The position numbers were made by a program, and so were the translations under genes. The notes under the pieces were generated by a model. That model was not told the origin of the DNA. It saw only the letters and a list, made by a program, of their open reading frames with translations, and ran no database searches. From assembly GCA_965206645.1 (NCBI GenBank), contig CBDBKE010000001.1:256001-320000 (forward strand): DNA of 64,000 nt, in the 5' to 3' direction. The DNA comes from Terriglobia bacterium. Its GTDB lineage: Bacteria; Acidobacteriota; Terriglobia; JAJPHL01; JAPKYU01. Shown one piece after another: positions 63,905 to 64,000 of the stretch (positions are counted from its first letter, which is position 1; the number at the start of each line of letters is the position of its first letter).

Positions 63905-64000
63905 ACCGTTCAGGGCAGACAGCTGCCGCCGCACATATGGACCGAATTGATTCGCAGGGCGATTTCGACGCGATCCGTCAAGCGGCGGAGCGGGGCTACG

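Overview
GC-rich bacterial DNA. The gene content (DUF1549/DUF1553/DUF1501 cluster, TopB-RecQ fusion, element type) suggests Acidobacteriota, but that is inference. Positions 1-6625 look like core chromosome: cysS 3' end, a frameshifted ADP-ribosylglycohydrolase, Nramp transporter, methyltransferase, YraN, galT, tRNA-Gly and tRNA-Cys. The rest is a decayed accessory region with more than 15 IS copies or fragments (IS3, IS1182, IS5/IS903-group, IS30, IS1380, IS1595, IS6 plus an IS6-type MITE), many gene fragments and four intact type II toxin-antitoxin pairs. The main structure is a ~36 kb tyrosine-integrase element (19257-55254; int-xis-orf-VirB11-VirD4, type I R-M remnant, nirK, secreted nuclease). 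It did not integrate into a tRNA: it sits in the middle of an IS1182 transposase gene, at an 11-bp site mimicking a tRNA-Val anticodon arm, and the two IS halves add up exactly to the intact 1394-bp copy. Upstream of its coupling-protein gene are two inverted, diverged copies of a ~260-bp non-coding element with compensatory stem changes and copy-specific short repeats (candidate oriT/oriV or structured RNA). Also notable: a 1423-aa topoisomerase III-RecQ-HRDC fusion, and IS1182 ends located at a palindrome at the end of IS3 orfB. No CRISPR array or rRNA was seen. All calls come from reading motifs by eye; no database search was run.
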